A stretch of DNA of 64,000 nt from a virus (taxonomy: Duplodnaviria; Caudoviricetes): positions 224,001 through 288,000 of the IMG/VR virus record IMGVR_UViG_3300042010_000129; one strand, given 5' to 3'. The position numbers and the translations under genes are program-made. The notes below the pieces were generated by a model that did no database searches, was not told the DNA's origin, and saw only the letters and a list, made by a program, of their open reading frames with translations. This document shows, piece after piece, positions 45,147-54,630 of the stretch; position 1 is the first letter of the stretch, and each line of letters starts with the position of its first letter.

Positions 45147-46804
45147 TTCGATTTTCTCTCAGCCTTGTTTTCGTTGTTCCGCTTTTTGATGCCAGCACTC
45201 AGTTTGCCGAACATCCCGCCGAACATGCTTTGCCCATCGTTGTGTGCGACTTTGGAAACTACGACTTCCTGTTCTGGATCGAAGTCTTCGCCAATATCCC
45301 GCTTAACATTTCGCAGCCATTGTTTCATCCGCTCTTCAGCGACTTCGGTTGGCTGGTGTTTAAATTCAATCGCCTGCTTCCACGTGTTCGCGCAATATTT
45401 CAATGAGGCCTGCGCGCCAGTATCCACGAAGAAACGAATCACCGGTTGGCGCTTGTCCGGATCAGGCGTCAAAATACGCGAACTTTCCTGTTTCCAGTTT
45501 GGCTCGTTATTCATCGGCATGACGTAGTACAGGCACGACCACGGTTTGATGTTGATACCACGTTGCAGCAATCGACGGATACCGACAACCACGCGAATTT
45601 TCCGCTCGGATGCCAGCTGTTTAATCCGGTCACGATCCAACTTGTTTTTCTTGCCACCGCCACCAACGAACGCGGCTGCGACTTCGTAACCGACAATCGT
45701 ATTTACACGTTTGACGATTTCGAAAATGTGATCTTTGAAATGGCAGGGAATCACGATGCTGTGCCCGGCCTCAAGGTCTTTCAAAATCCACTGGATAATG
45801 AAATCGTTTCGCTTCTTGTTATTCGCCAGCGATTTACCCAGCTTCACAAAGCCCGGCTTGCCTTTGAACACACCTTTCGATTTCATGCCGGTATCGACGG
45901 CGAGCATTTTCGCCACCAACTGCGCACGCAGGATTTTGGATTTGACTTCACCGATTACAAGCGTGGTGATTTTGTCTTTTCCGTCCTTACGTTTTTCCGT
46001 ACCGGTACAACCGAAACGGTAACGCATTTTCAGATTGTTCATGACGTTTGCAAACTCCGGGGCGCCGGTCGCTTGCACTTCGTCCACTACCACAGTGCCG
46101 AACGTTTTGTTGCAGGCCTTCAACAGCTTGCGGCCATTCTTGCTCAGAAAACTTTGGTAGGTGATGATCCCGATTTGAATGTCTTCGAGGTCTTCGATTT
46201 TCTTGATAAAACCGTAAAGCTTTTTGCCTGTCTTTTCCTGCAATGCTGGCAGGTTGGTAGACTCTTCGATATCCCCGATGAACTGATTCAGGAAGTCGTA
46301 TTGGTCGGCCATCAACAGGACTTTGTGTCCGAGTTCAATTGCCAGTTTTAATGCAGTAAGCGATTTACCGGAACGGGGCGGAAGCACGAAAAGGCCGTAC
46401 TTGGCCTCTTTCATTCGCTTAACGGTTTTCACCTGATAGCTGAACCAGTCGCGGTCTTCGCCAAGGTTGATTTTTACTTTGTAATCGAAGGGAGAACGAG
46501 TGCGCTTATCAACGATTTTGTAATCGTCGAAATCAATGCGCATTTTTGCTTCGATGTTTTGCCGGTCGCCCAGTGGCAGGCCGATGTACTCTTTATTCCC
46601 GATTACAGCGGGCCGGGCCAGCCGGTACGAACCGTTAAAGTTCTCGCAACCCTTACAGGCTGCTACCGGGCGTTCTGGCCGTAGCTCGCAACTTCGACAA
46701 CCCTGATCGGAAAAGAAGTCATGAGAATATTCCTTCGTGACTAGCCTTTCCTTCAGGTCGAATTTCGGAATGTACATCTTATCCGATACGATTATTTTTC
46801 CCAT
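45122..46804 (-). CDS. superfamily 2 DNA helicase (UvsW/XPB-like)
   Basis: PPRSGKS (I), VVDEVQ (II), GCTGT (III), RGINI (V) and QESSRILT (VI); N-terminal Cys cluster. Confidence 0.88.
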   Translation of the reverse strand: MGKIIVSDKMYIPKFDLKERLVTKEYSHDFFSDQGCRSCELRPERPVAACKGCENFNGSYRLARPAVIGNKEYIGLPLGDRQNIEAKMRIDFDDYKIVDKRTRSPFDYKVKINLGEDRDWFSYQVKTVKRMKEAKYGLFVLPPRSGKSLTALKLAIELGHKVLLMADQYDFLNQFIGDIEESTNLPALQEKTGKKLYGFIKKIEDLEDIQIGIITYQSFLSKNGRKLLKACNKTFGTVVVDEVQATGAPEFANVMNNLKMRYRFGCTGTEKRKDGKDKITTLVIGEVKSKILRAQLVAKMLAVDTGMKSKGVFKGKPGFVKLGKSLANNKKRNDFIIQWILKDLEAGHSIVIPCHFKDHIFEIVKRVNTIVGYEVAAAFVGGGGKKNKLDRDRIKQLASERKIRVVVGIRRLLQRGINIKPWSCLYYVMPMNNEPNWKQESSRILTPDPDKRQPVIRFFVDTGAQASLKYCANTWKQAIEFKHQPTEVAEERMKQWLRNVKRDIGEDFDPEQEVVVSKVAHNDGQSMFGGMFGKLSAGIKKRNNENKAERKSKWKKNKEY

Positions 46805-46816
46805 GCACTCACTTCG

Positions 46817-47245
46817 TTAAAACTTCGGATAAAGGTGGCGGTATTCCTCCGTCATACTGAATTCGCTACCGATGTGAATATTGAAACGATATTCGCTGTC
46901 GGCGGTCATCCTGTTAACGCAGTCGATCAAGTCTTTGGCGGGCCAGTTACGGGCGTAAACATTCATGCGGGTACGTGGTGTATTTACAGTCTCCAGCGCC
47001 CGCACACAATGCAGAAAAACTTCGTCGAGATTGGTGTAGGTCGCGACCACGATTGCAGGGCAACCTTTGTGGAAAAGCACCGGAACAATCGGATCATCTT
47101 CCGAAAACAATTCGTGATGATCGCCGGTTTTAAATTGCTGCATCGTCGTGTACAAAGTCCACGATGGTTTCGGGCCGGGCAGCATCACCACGGGCGGCGA
47201 GCTATTCGGGAAACCTTCCTGCGGCGTCCAAACGATTTTATCCAT
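46817..47245 (-). CDS. hypothetical protein (~142 aa)
   Basis: Coupled ORF; start at MDKIVW. Confidence 0.7.
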   Translation of the reverse strand: MDKIVWTPQEGFPNSSPPVVMLPGPKPSWTLYTTMQQFKTGDHHELFSEDDPIVPVLFHKGCPAIVVATYTNLDEVFLHCVRALETVNTPRTRMNVYARNWPAKDLIDCVNRMTADSEYRFNIHIGSEFSMTEEYRHLYPKF

Positions 47246-47561
47246 TGAGGTACGCCCCAAGAATCGGATTGTGTGCCAGCGTGATTTGCGGCAGTTCGGT
47301 AAAAGTGAAGTTTTGCGCAGCCCGGATAATTCCGTGATTCGCCAACTGCAATTCGAACACGATGAACGTTCCGTCCGGATAACGCGCAGCCGTGTTACGC
47401 ATCAGCTGATACAGATCGGTCGGCGTATCCATTTGGTGTTGGTACACTTCGTGGAATTGGTCGCGGCAATGGCTGAACATACTGCGCAGGGTATCGGGAT
47501 GCGTCGTGTGGTCATGCACCACAACCAGCACGCGCTTTGTCGTTACGGTCGTCACGTTCAT
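47238..47561 (-). CDS. hypothetical protein (107 aa)
   Basis: ATGA overlap. Confidence 0.7.
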   Translation of the reverse strand: MNVTTVTTKRVLVVVHDHTTHPDTLRSMFSHCRDQFHEVYQHQMDTPTDLYQLMRNTAARYPDGTFIVFELQLANHGIIRAAQNFTFTELPQITLAHNPILGAYLNG

Positions 47562-47872
47562 TTCATACCGCCAATCATTTTCCGTTGATAATTGTCCAGT
47601 TCAAACACGACGGACAGCCCACGTTCCAGCAGCGCGAAAACAATCCCGCGCAACATGCTCAGGTCTTCGGTATATACCGCAACCAGTACAGGTTCCTTTG
47701 AGGCATTTGTGTACTCTGCAATTTCGTCATGAAACTGTTGAAGGTCGTCGGTCGAACCTTCGGTATCCAGCATGATAATGCTGTTACACCGATTAATGCG
47801 AGTGCCGAGATAGCGCTCGTAAAGTTCGTCGTTGGAAACTTCTTTTTCTGCGTACACAAATGCCGTGTTCAT
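47558..47872 (-). CDS. hypothetical protein (104 aa)
   Basis: ATGA overlap. Confidence 0.7.
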   Translation of the reverse strand: MNTAFVYAEKEVSNDELYERYLGTRINRCNSIIMLDTEGSTDDLQQFHDEIAEYTNASKEPVLVAVYTEDLSMLRGIVFALLERGLSVVFELDNYQRKMIGGMK

Positions 47873-48414
47873 AGGATTACTTGCTCCGGTCTAGAAAGGA
47901 CTTTAATGACCTCGACAAGGTTCTTAAACATAAAGCCTGCCTTGTCGATATCTTCGATAACAATGCTCGCGGATTTCTCCAGCGTTTTTACTTCGTCGTA
48001 GAAGTCGTAGAAGTCACGCATCACGGCTTCCACAAATGCTTTACGTTCAGCCTGTGCGCCGACGCGTTTCAAAGTGTCGCCGTATTCGGCACACAGATAA
48101 TCGCGCAGCTTCGACAGCGTGCGTTCCATGGCGTTGCTGATCTTCGTACATTGTCCGAGGATTTCAGCGCAACGGCTGCGCGTGGATTGGTCTTGCAACA
48201 TCGCTTCACAAACTTTTTCAGGGAATGAACGCGTGCGTTTGCGTTTCAGTTCGCGGGTCAGTCGTGTGGTGTGAAGGCGTTGCAATTCTTCGTGGTATTC
48301 TTCGAAGTCGATGTTATACGCCGGGTTGCCCCGGAAGTTTTCGAGGAATTGCTGATAGCGCTGATTCTTTTTAATCACGCGCCGCATTGCCTTCAACTCT
48401 TCACGATTACTCAT
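47869..48414 (-). CDS. helical coiled-coil protein (181 aa), possibly recombination/repair accessory
   Basis: All-alpha pattern, located in the replication block. Function is inferred only. Confidence 0.6.
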   Translation of the reverse strand: MSNREELKAMRRVIKKNQRYQQFLENFRGNPAYNIDFEEYHEELQRLHTTRLTRELKRKRTRSFPEKVCEAMLQDQSTRSRCAEILGQCTKISNAMERTLSKLRDYLCAEYGDTLKRVGAQAERKAFVEAVMRDFYDFYDEVKTLEKSASIVIEDIDKAGFMFKNLVEVIKVLSRPEQVIL

Positions 48415-48790
48415 TCACGTCCTCTTCCGGCGCCAGTTGCGTGCCGAAGTGTCCCGACATTGTGATGGTGATTTCCGCAACGCTCAACACGAATTCTTGA
48501 TTGATTTCGGTCAGGTTGGAATATTCAGGCTCGGCCCACGGAAAGATCCGCCAGTTCTCGCGATACCAGATACCGGCCTCGAAAGGTTCCGCGTCCTCTT
48601 CGCTTTCGAACTGTGCGCGATGTTCGTAAACAGCTTCGCACAATTCACGGATCGAATCGGTATAACGTTCGCGATCCACTTCCGTTTGCTGATCCCAGTT
48701 CGGGTAATGCTTGATCCCGCAAACCTTGGCAAACGTGTAGATCATCGAACACAAAAGTTCTGCGTGTTCGGGTTCTTCGAAGTAGCGCAT
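48407..48790 (-). CDS. hypothetical protein (127 aa)
   Basis: Coupled ORF. Confidence 0.7.
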   Translation of the reverse strand: MRYFEEPEHAELLCSMIYTFAKVCGIKHYPNWDQQTEVDRERYTDSIRELCEAVYEHRAQFESEEDAEPFEAGIWYRENWRIFPWAEPEYSNLTEINQEFVLSVAEITITMSGHFGTQLAPEEDVNE

Positions 48791-48791
48791 T

Positions 48792-49238
48792 TTATGTGGC
48801 CTCAGTCACAAGGTAAGGGGAAACCGCGTTGCCGCTGATTGCCAGTACCGAACCTGCTGTGCTTTTGAATAGTTGGAGTTTTTGTCGGTGCGACGTGATC
48901 GGGTGCGGGCGGTAGTCGTGTTTCTCTTTTTTGTTGCAGGAAATAATCAACTTGTGCGCCGCAAGCTCAACCTTTGACACGTCCGTGATAACGAACAGAT
49001 GGCCGTAAATGGAACGACGTTTATTCACGAAGTTATACATTTTACAGAATCTGTTCAGTACCTCGGGATTTTCGTAGTCGATCATGACAGGCTGATCAAC
49101 CAACTGGCGAAAGAACAGTCCGATATGGTGGCCGTCGTGGGCCGTGCCGAAATCTTCGAACGTATCAACTTGAGCGACCGTATGACTGAACGTATCGGCC
49201 AAGCTGAAAATCGGACTGATATTACTTCGCTTCATCAT
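48792..49238 (-). CDS. hypothetical protein (148 aa)
   Basis: Coupled ORF. Confidence 0.65.
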   Translation of the reverse strand: MMKRSNISPIFSLADTFSHTVAQVDTFEDFGTAHDGHHIGLFFRQLVDQPVMIDYENPEVLNRFCKMYNFVNKRRSIYGHLFVITDVSKVELAAHKLIISCNKKEKHDYRPHPITSHRQKLQLFKSTAGSVLAISGNAVSPYLVTEAT

Positions 49239-50364
49239 AGGTGCCGACCAACGTTAACGTTCCGTCATCGACTTTCGTAACGAGGCGATAGGCAGACATT
49301 GCGCCCGGCACCTTGTAGAAATTCATGTCGATTTCAATACCGGAAACTTTGTTGAAAAGATCCATGAAAATACGTGGGTCAACACGAATGTCCATGGGTT
49401 TGCCTGTCACGTTCGCTTTGAATTCGTCGGATACCTTGCCGCCCTTACCCTGCACGCTCATGATCGTTTTGCCTTTGCTGAAAGCGAGCGCCATTTTCGT
49501 TTCGCCATCGGAAAGAACCGACATATTCGAAACGGCAGAGACTGCTTTCGTGTCAAAGGTCATTGCGCTCATGACTTTCATTTCATCCAGCGCTTTGTTG
49601 TACTGCACCGCCTGCCCCACTTCGCCATAAATCAACTGGCCTTCGGGAATCGACACGGTGAAGTCAGCACCAGTTGCACGGAACCGACCAGAGTCTACCG
49701 AGAAACTGATTTTATCCGCCTGAATGAATTTCTCGATTACGCTGAATGCCTTGGCGGGCAATGCGCTTTTCAACGGCGTCGAGTTTTTCACTTTGGTTTT
49801 GAACAGGGCGACGTGGTGTTCATCATGGCAATAAACGCGCATGATTTTTTCACCGATTTCAAAGATGATCGGGAGTTCCGATGCACCGTAGAAGTCGGTC
49901 AGACGCACACGCTTTACCGCATCGCGCAATTTGGTCACAACGTCTTTTGGCATCGGATCAGTCTTGCGCCCGACCAACTGGTGTTCGAGCATTTGAATGT
50001 CGTCGGCGTCGAATTCCGTCACGTTCAGTTGCGCTTTGAAATTGCCTTTCTTTTCCTTGAAAGCGATTTGACCGCCCCCAGTTTTGAACAGGCAATCGGC
50101 CCGTGTTTTCAGCAGACCAATCAGCGTCGGCGCGTCGATTTTCACGGTGCCCGATTTGGTAGCTTCGCCGGGGATCTTGGCACAGGCCAGCGCGTCAGTT
50201 GACGAACCGATCAGGTAAATACCTTTGCCCTTCTGCGTAGCCAGAACGAATTTCGCATCGTCCGCTTTGATGTACGTTGTCACGTTAATGATGTTGGAAA
50301 GTGTGGTGGCAAATTCTTTGCCGTTACACTCGAATTCCAGTTCGTTGCCTTCGATCAATTTCAT
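49222..50364 (-). CDS. putative DNA sliding clamp (beta-clamp-like, 380 aa)
   Basis: Length and three repeated alpha/beta domains like DnaN; next to the DNA polymerase. No diagnostic short motif. Confidence 0.55.
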   Translation of the reverse strand: MKLIEGNELEFECNGKEFATTLSNIINVTTYIKADDAKFVLATQKGKGIYLIGSSTDALACAKIPGEATKSGTVKIDAPTLIGLLKTRADCLFKTGGGQIAFKEKKGNFKAQLNVTEFDADDIQMLEHQLVGRKTDPMPKDVVTKLRDAVKRVRLTDFYGASELPIIFEIGEKIMRVYCHDEHHVALFKTKVKNSTPLKSALPAKAFSVIEKFIQADKISFSVDSGRFRATGADFTVSIPEGQLIYGEVGQAVQYNKALDEMKVMSAMTFDTKAVSAVSNMSVLSDGETKMALAFSKGKTIMSVQGKGGKVSDEFKANVTGKPMDIRVDPRIFMDLFNKVSGIEIDMNFYKVPGAMSAYRLVTKVDDGTLTLVGTYDEAK

Positions 50365-50750
50365 TGTAAGGAATATCCGAAAATAGGTGCGTGATCATAA
50401 CCGATCAGCTGGATTAACAGGCTCAGTTCGCCAGTCTCAACGCATTGTGCCACCACATCCTGCCACGCGAAAACCAATTTGAATTTCGTGAGTACCTGAC
50501 CTTCCAAAATATCCAGAAGTTCATCCACTGATTCTTGGTTCGCGTAGACAGGCATATCGGTGTCGTCGGCCTGAAGGTTGCGAATCAACTGCTGCAAGAA
50601 TTGGCACAGGTCGGAAAGGCGCGGATCATTAATGTCCGCACCAATCACCGTTGCCGAAAACTGCGTGATAAGCATACCGGAAACGTCTACGCCTTCGCCG
50701 TGATTTTCACACCCTGACTCTTCCAGAATTTCTGCTGTTTCAAAGCCCAT
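50361..50750 (-). CDS. hypothetical acidic protein (start uncertain: 50750 or 50675)
   Basis: ORF between polymerase and clamp. Confidence 0.6.
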   Translation of the reverse strand: MGFETAEILEESGCENHGEGVDVSGMLITQFSATVIGADINDPRLSDLCQFLQQLIRNLQADDTDMPVYANQESVDELLDILEGQVLTKFKLVFAWQDVVAQCVETGELSLLIQLIGYDHAPIFGYSLQ

Positions 50751-53650
50751 TCAGGTGCGTCCTCTTTCATGCGCGCCATGATTTGTTTGAACGTGGCGTT
50801 CGGATCAAGATCGTAGCCGAGGTCATCGCGTTGGCCTTTGAGAGTTTTCATCAGCACTTCGTTGAATGCGTATTTATCTTTCGTCTTGAAATCACCAGTC
50901 AATGCATAATTCCAACCTTCGCACTTGTCGAGCGAGTGGCCGAATTCAAAGTCGATTTCCAATTGGATATCAAACTTGAAGTTGTGACGTTTAATCATTT
51001 CGCGTTCTACGTCGTGAGTCAGTCCCTCTTCGATCATCTGAATTGCCAGCCAAATGTCTTGGTAAGCGCAGGAGAATTCAAGGGAGTCGTGTACGCTGTT
51101 CGCCTGAATGAAATCAGGATAGTGGCCGGTCTTCTGGAAATGCTCAAACCGGCGACGTTCGATGCAGCGCGCACCCGTCATCATGAAATCAGAACCCATG
51201 CCCTGTACTGGACTATTTACAGATTGCCGTTCCGCACGCGACGTGATGTTGCCCGCGTCTTCGTGAGAGTTCGGCGTGATCAAGCCCCACAGGTTACGGC
51301 GACGGCCTACAGGCGATTCCACATACAAATGCTTGCGTGCGTGTGCCTTGGCCTTATCGAACCACTTACCGCCGACCGGGAATCGTTTAAAGAATTGTGT
51401 TGTCAATTCCTCAACCATTTCGACCGTGGCGTTGATGGACTTCGCTGTACCTTTCGCGCCTTGCTGGTAAATCAAACCGAAAATTACTTGCTTAACGGCT
51501 TGACGCATTACCTTGTCAACTTCCTCGATTGCTTTCCGGAAGAAGAACGCGGCGTTGATCTTGTGAACGTCACCCTTGAGGTCGATTTCCTTGGCAAGAT
51601 CCATTGTCGGTTTGCGTTTGAATTTCTCACGCAATTTCAAACCGATCCGGAATGCTTCCGCTACCGCGCTGTCGCCAGAAATCAACGACCAGCAGCGTAC
51701 TTCGTGCGCCGAGTAGTCCACCTTAATAATTATTCGACCGTCAGGTGCAATGAACAATCGTTTAATCAGTTTACCCATTTCACTACGCGACGGAATTGTC
51801 TGCAACGTAGGATCGCGGGCCGATGTTCGACCAGTAACCACGTCGAGATAACCGAACCGAGGACGCATGCAGCGGTCGAATCGGAAGTCTTCGTCTTCGC
51901 CCCATTTTTTAATGAAGCTCTTCACATACGCGTTGTAAAGTTTTTCGATCTTCGTCAGTTCCGTGAACAGCTTAATTTCCGGAACGTCTTCGTATTTCTT
52001 TTGGAAGTCTTTGTCGATCTTACCCAAGCCCTTTTTGTTCATCGTCAGGGGCTTGAGTTTCAGCACTTCGAAGAACAGCAGTTGCTTGTGTTCCTCCTTG
52101 TTAATCTTGAAGAGCTTCGTTTTCGTTCGACCGAATAGACCCATGGCCGGGACGCCCGAGCGTTTGGCAAGAAGCTTGTTAGCTTTCTGTACCCCCTCGG
52201 ATTCGTACAGCGCTTTAAGCACGCGGTTTTTCTCGCGCACAATATGCGAGTCTTTCGACTTGAGTTTGAACAGCCAGTCGATATCGACATACGAGCCGTT
52301 GAACTCAAGGTTAGACAGCGTGTGAATCTGATCGCTAAGCTGTTCGGTAACGAGCGAGAAATACTTGTCGTAACCGATTGTCTTCGCGTATTTCATCTGC
52401 AATTTTTGAATGTGCAGCAGGACGATTACGTCGAGGGCCATGTACGTTAAAACAGGCCCTTCCAAATCCATGTCCGCGATGAATGCCCGCTGTTCCTTAC
52501 CGAAGTCGGATTCGTAATAGGCGCGACAGCCGTACTGCATGCAGATATTGAGCAACGAGTAATAGTTTCGCCCGCTGATCCCTTGAATCGTTTTGTGGTT
52601 TTCATCCTTGGCAAATTCTGCCGAGATAACACACCACAGCGGCGTCTTGAAATAACGAACGCCGAGGTCACGACGTGCAGCGATCAAATCGAACGCGGCG
52701 TTTGCGTAGAGGTTGTACTTGTTCTTCGATTTGTGTTCGAAGTAATCGCGCAATTTCTCTTTGATGTACGCAAGTTCTTTCGGGAGGAACGGCGTATCCT
52801 TGTGCAGGAATGGCAGGATGTACGCCTTCCCCGTTTCAGTCGCGAACTGCCACGTCACCGTGTAGTTCTTTCGCCGTTTCAGACTTCGGGCCTCCGTGTC
52901 GATTGACACGACTTCCGCGTTGGTAATGTCCTTCAACATTTTGTCGAATTTCTTAATCGTATCAACCATCACGATTTTGTAATCCAACTTCGGAACCTTG
53001 TACATCATCTTGCCGTCGTTAAGACAGGTCGTCAGGTTCCGCGCCACGTACCCGGCTGCTGCCATCGTGTCATCGGATTTCTGCAATGACCGCAACGACA
53101 AAGTAGAGACGTGGTTGAATTTGTGCGTGTCGCCTTTTACCGTGACCTTGGCTTTGATTGGCACACCGTAAAAGTGCTGCCACAAAATACCGCGTTCACT
53201 TTTGTGCTGCGAAATGAAATCGCCGCTGATTGCTTTGGTCGGGTCAGGCCCGAACGTCACAACCGTATCCGGTTTGTAAACCGAGATAACATATTCCAAA
53301 CGCTTTTTGAATTCCTGCTGTGCCAGTTCCACAAACGCAGGCGCACCGCCTACGGTTTTGAAGCTGTGATAACTCATGCACAACCAGTTGTAATCGTCGA
53401 GCTTGTGCGGTGCCTTGTTAAAGTTCTCTGCCAACTCAAAAAGGTTTGACATGAGGTCGCCGGTTGCACCATCGAGAATGCGATTCTTCCGCATCGCTTC
53501 GCCCGGCATATAGTCCAACACAAACAGAATTTTCCCACGAGCTTTTTTCGTAACGTGCTTGGCGAGTTCCACACCATCGAAGCTAGTAATCTCGTACTGC
53601 TTCAGCGCCTTACTATACTTGTGTTTAAATTCTACATATTCACACTTCAT
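50687..53650 (-). CDS. polA: family A DNA polymerase with N-terminal UDG-like domain and 3'-5' exonuclease
   Basis: ExoI DTE, ExoII NAAFD, ExoIII YMALD; TGRTS; motif A DYSAHEVR; motif B RQAVKQVIFGLIY; motif C VHDS. The first ~230 aa resemble the UDG family 4 fold. Confidence 0.93.
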   Translation of the reverse strand: MKCEYVEFKHKYSKALKQYEITSFDGVELAKHVTKKARGKILFVLDYMPGEAMRKNRILDGATGDLMSNLFELAENFNKAPHKLDDYNWLCMSYHSFKTVGGAPAFVELAQQEFKKRLEYVISVYKPDTVVTFGPDPTKAISGDFISQHKSERGILWQHFYGVPIKAKVTVKGDTHKFNHVSTLSLRSLQKSDDTMAAAGYVARNLTTCLNDGKMMYKVPKLDYKIVMVDTIKKFDKMLKDITNAEVVSIDTEARSLKRRKNYTVTWQFATETGKAYILPFLHKDTPFLPKELAYIKEKLRDYFEHKSKNKYNLYANAAFDLIAARRDLGVRYFKTPLWCVISAEFAKDENHKTIQGISGRNYYSLLNICMQYGCRAYYESDFGKEQRAFIADMDLEGPVLTYMALDVIVLLHIQKLQMKYAKTIGYDKYFSLVTEQLSDQIHTLSNLEFNGSYVDIDWLFKLKSKDSHIVREKNRVLKALYESEGVQKANKLLAKRSGVPAMGLFGRTKTKLFKINKEEHKQLLFFEVLKLKPLTMNKKGLGKIDKDFQKKYEDVPEIKLFTELTKIEKLYNAYVKSFIKKWGEDEDFRFDRCMRPRFGYLDVVTGRTSARDPTLQTIPSRSEMGKLIKRLFIAPDGRIIIKVDYSAHEVRCWSLISGDSAVAEAFRIGLKLREKFKRKPTMDLAKEIDLKGDVHKINAAFFFRKAIEEVDKVMRQAVKQVIFGLIYQQGAKGTAKSINATVEMVEELTTQFFKRFPVGGKWFDKAKAHARKHLYVESPVGRRRNLWGLITPNSHEDAGNITSRAERQSVNSPVQGMGSDFMMTGARCIERRRFEHFQKTGHYPDFIQANSVHDSLEFSCAYQDIWLAIQMIEEGLTHDVEREMIKRHNFKFDIQLEIDFEFGHSLDKCEGWNYALTGDFKTKDKYAFNEVLMKTLKGQRDDLGYDLDPNATFKQIMARMKEDAPEWALKQQKFWKSQGVKITAKA

Positions 53651-53684
53651 AGAATTACCCGAGAGGGGATTTAGGCCTATGCTA

Positions 53685-53694
53685 TATTTACAGT
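53685..53694 (-). promoter_or_regulatory. ACTGTAAATA promoter-like motif
   Basis: Between a terminator and the polymerase ATG (35 nt). Confidence 0.65.
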
Positions 53695-53709
53695 TTTGCC
53701 CCGCAACGA

Positions 53710-53742
53710 AAAGGCCCCCGAATCCGAATGGAAACGAGGGCC
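53710..53742 (-). terminator. rho-independent terminator
   Basis: GGCCC...GGGCC imperfect stem followed by UUUU. Confidence 0.6.
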
Positions 53743-53747
53743 ATGAT

Positions 53748-54233
53748 TCAAAACAGCTTCACCATTCGAAGAATATCCGATAGGCGACTGTCGTATTGCT
53801 CAGGTGTCGGATAGCAACACCAGCGGCGGCTAAGCGTGCGCAACGTATCAGTCGCTAACAGCTTGTCACCTAGTTGCGTGTACACTTCCCAATTGATCGG
53901 AAGTTCATAAACGCTTTTATCACCGCCCGACAAAATAACCATTGGCCGGTGGTGTGGTGCAGCGTCGATGAATCCGACAAAGCGCGGGCTTTCACGCCAC
54001 ATCATCAGCGCCGCTTCGGTGTCTGGAATTTCAACGGTTGTCACACCGTCTTCCAAACCTTCGATTCGTGGCCCCCAAAATTCACCAGAACCCAAACCGA
54101 AGAAACCGAAAATGTCCGACGTTTCGTGACCAGCGATCAATTGAGGAAAGTTCGTGGTCAAGATCCGATAATGCGTGTTGTTGCCTTTGATGTACGCGTA
54201 GTGAAATGCTACGTCACTCTTGTGCATCGTCAT
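53748..54233 (-). CDS. hypothetical protein (~161 aa)
   Basis: GGAG RBS before ATG 54233. Confidence 0.7.
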   Translation of the reverse strand: MTMHKSDVAFHYAYIKGNNTHYRILTTNFPQLIAGHETSDIFGFFGLGSGEFWGPRIEGLEDGVTTVEIPDTEAALMMWRESPRFVGFIDAAPHHRPMVILSGGDKSVYELPINWEVYTQLGDKLLATDTLRTLSRRWCCYPTPEQYDSRLSDILRMVKLF

Positions 54234-54615
54234 CGGAACTCTCCGATTCTTCCGCCACAACTTCCGGCTTTTTCACCGGATGCTTTGGTGGGTTGGTTGG
54301 CTGCGTGGTGCGTGTGCGCGAACGGATAATTTCTGCCGCTTTTTCCGGGGTCATCTGGCGGTGGTTAAGCACCTTCTTTTCCCAGTACAAACCTTTCGGC
54401 AGTTTTTCATTCAGCGAGAACGGCAGGCCGTTCGCGGGAATGCCCGGCACATACGAATCGTGGAATTCGAAATCGCGCTTTGCCTTGATTGTGGCATCGC
54501 TCCAGATCCCGTCGATTGCACCGTTGTAGTAACCGAGAAACGCAAGCACGACTTGCTGCGCCATCAGTTCCATTTTTCCAGTTTGCATGTTTTTCTCCAG
54601 CGTTAAATGGGCCAT
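54214..54615 (-). CDS. peptidoglycan-binding-domain protein (133 aa)
   Basis: Q..L..LGYY.G.IDGIW...T..A...F matches the PG_binding_1 consensus; no catalytic domain. Confidence 0.7.
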   Translation of the reverse strand: MAHLTLEKNMQTGKMELMAQQVVLAFLGYYNGAIDGIWSDATIKAKRDFEFHDSYVPGIPANGLPFSLNEKLPKGLYWEKKVLNHRQMTPEKAAEIIRSRTRTTQPTNPPKHPVKKPEVVAEESESSDDDAQE

Positions 54616-54630
54616 CCTTGGCCCGACCGA

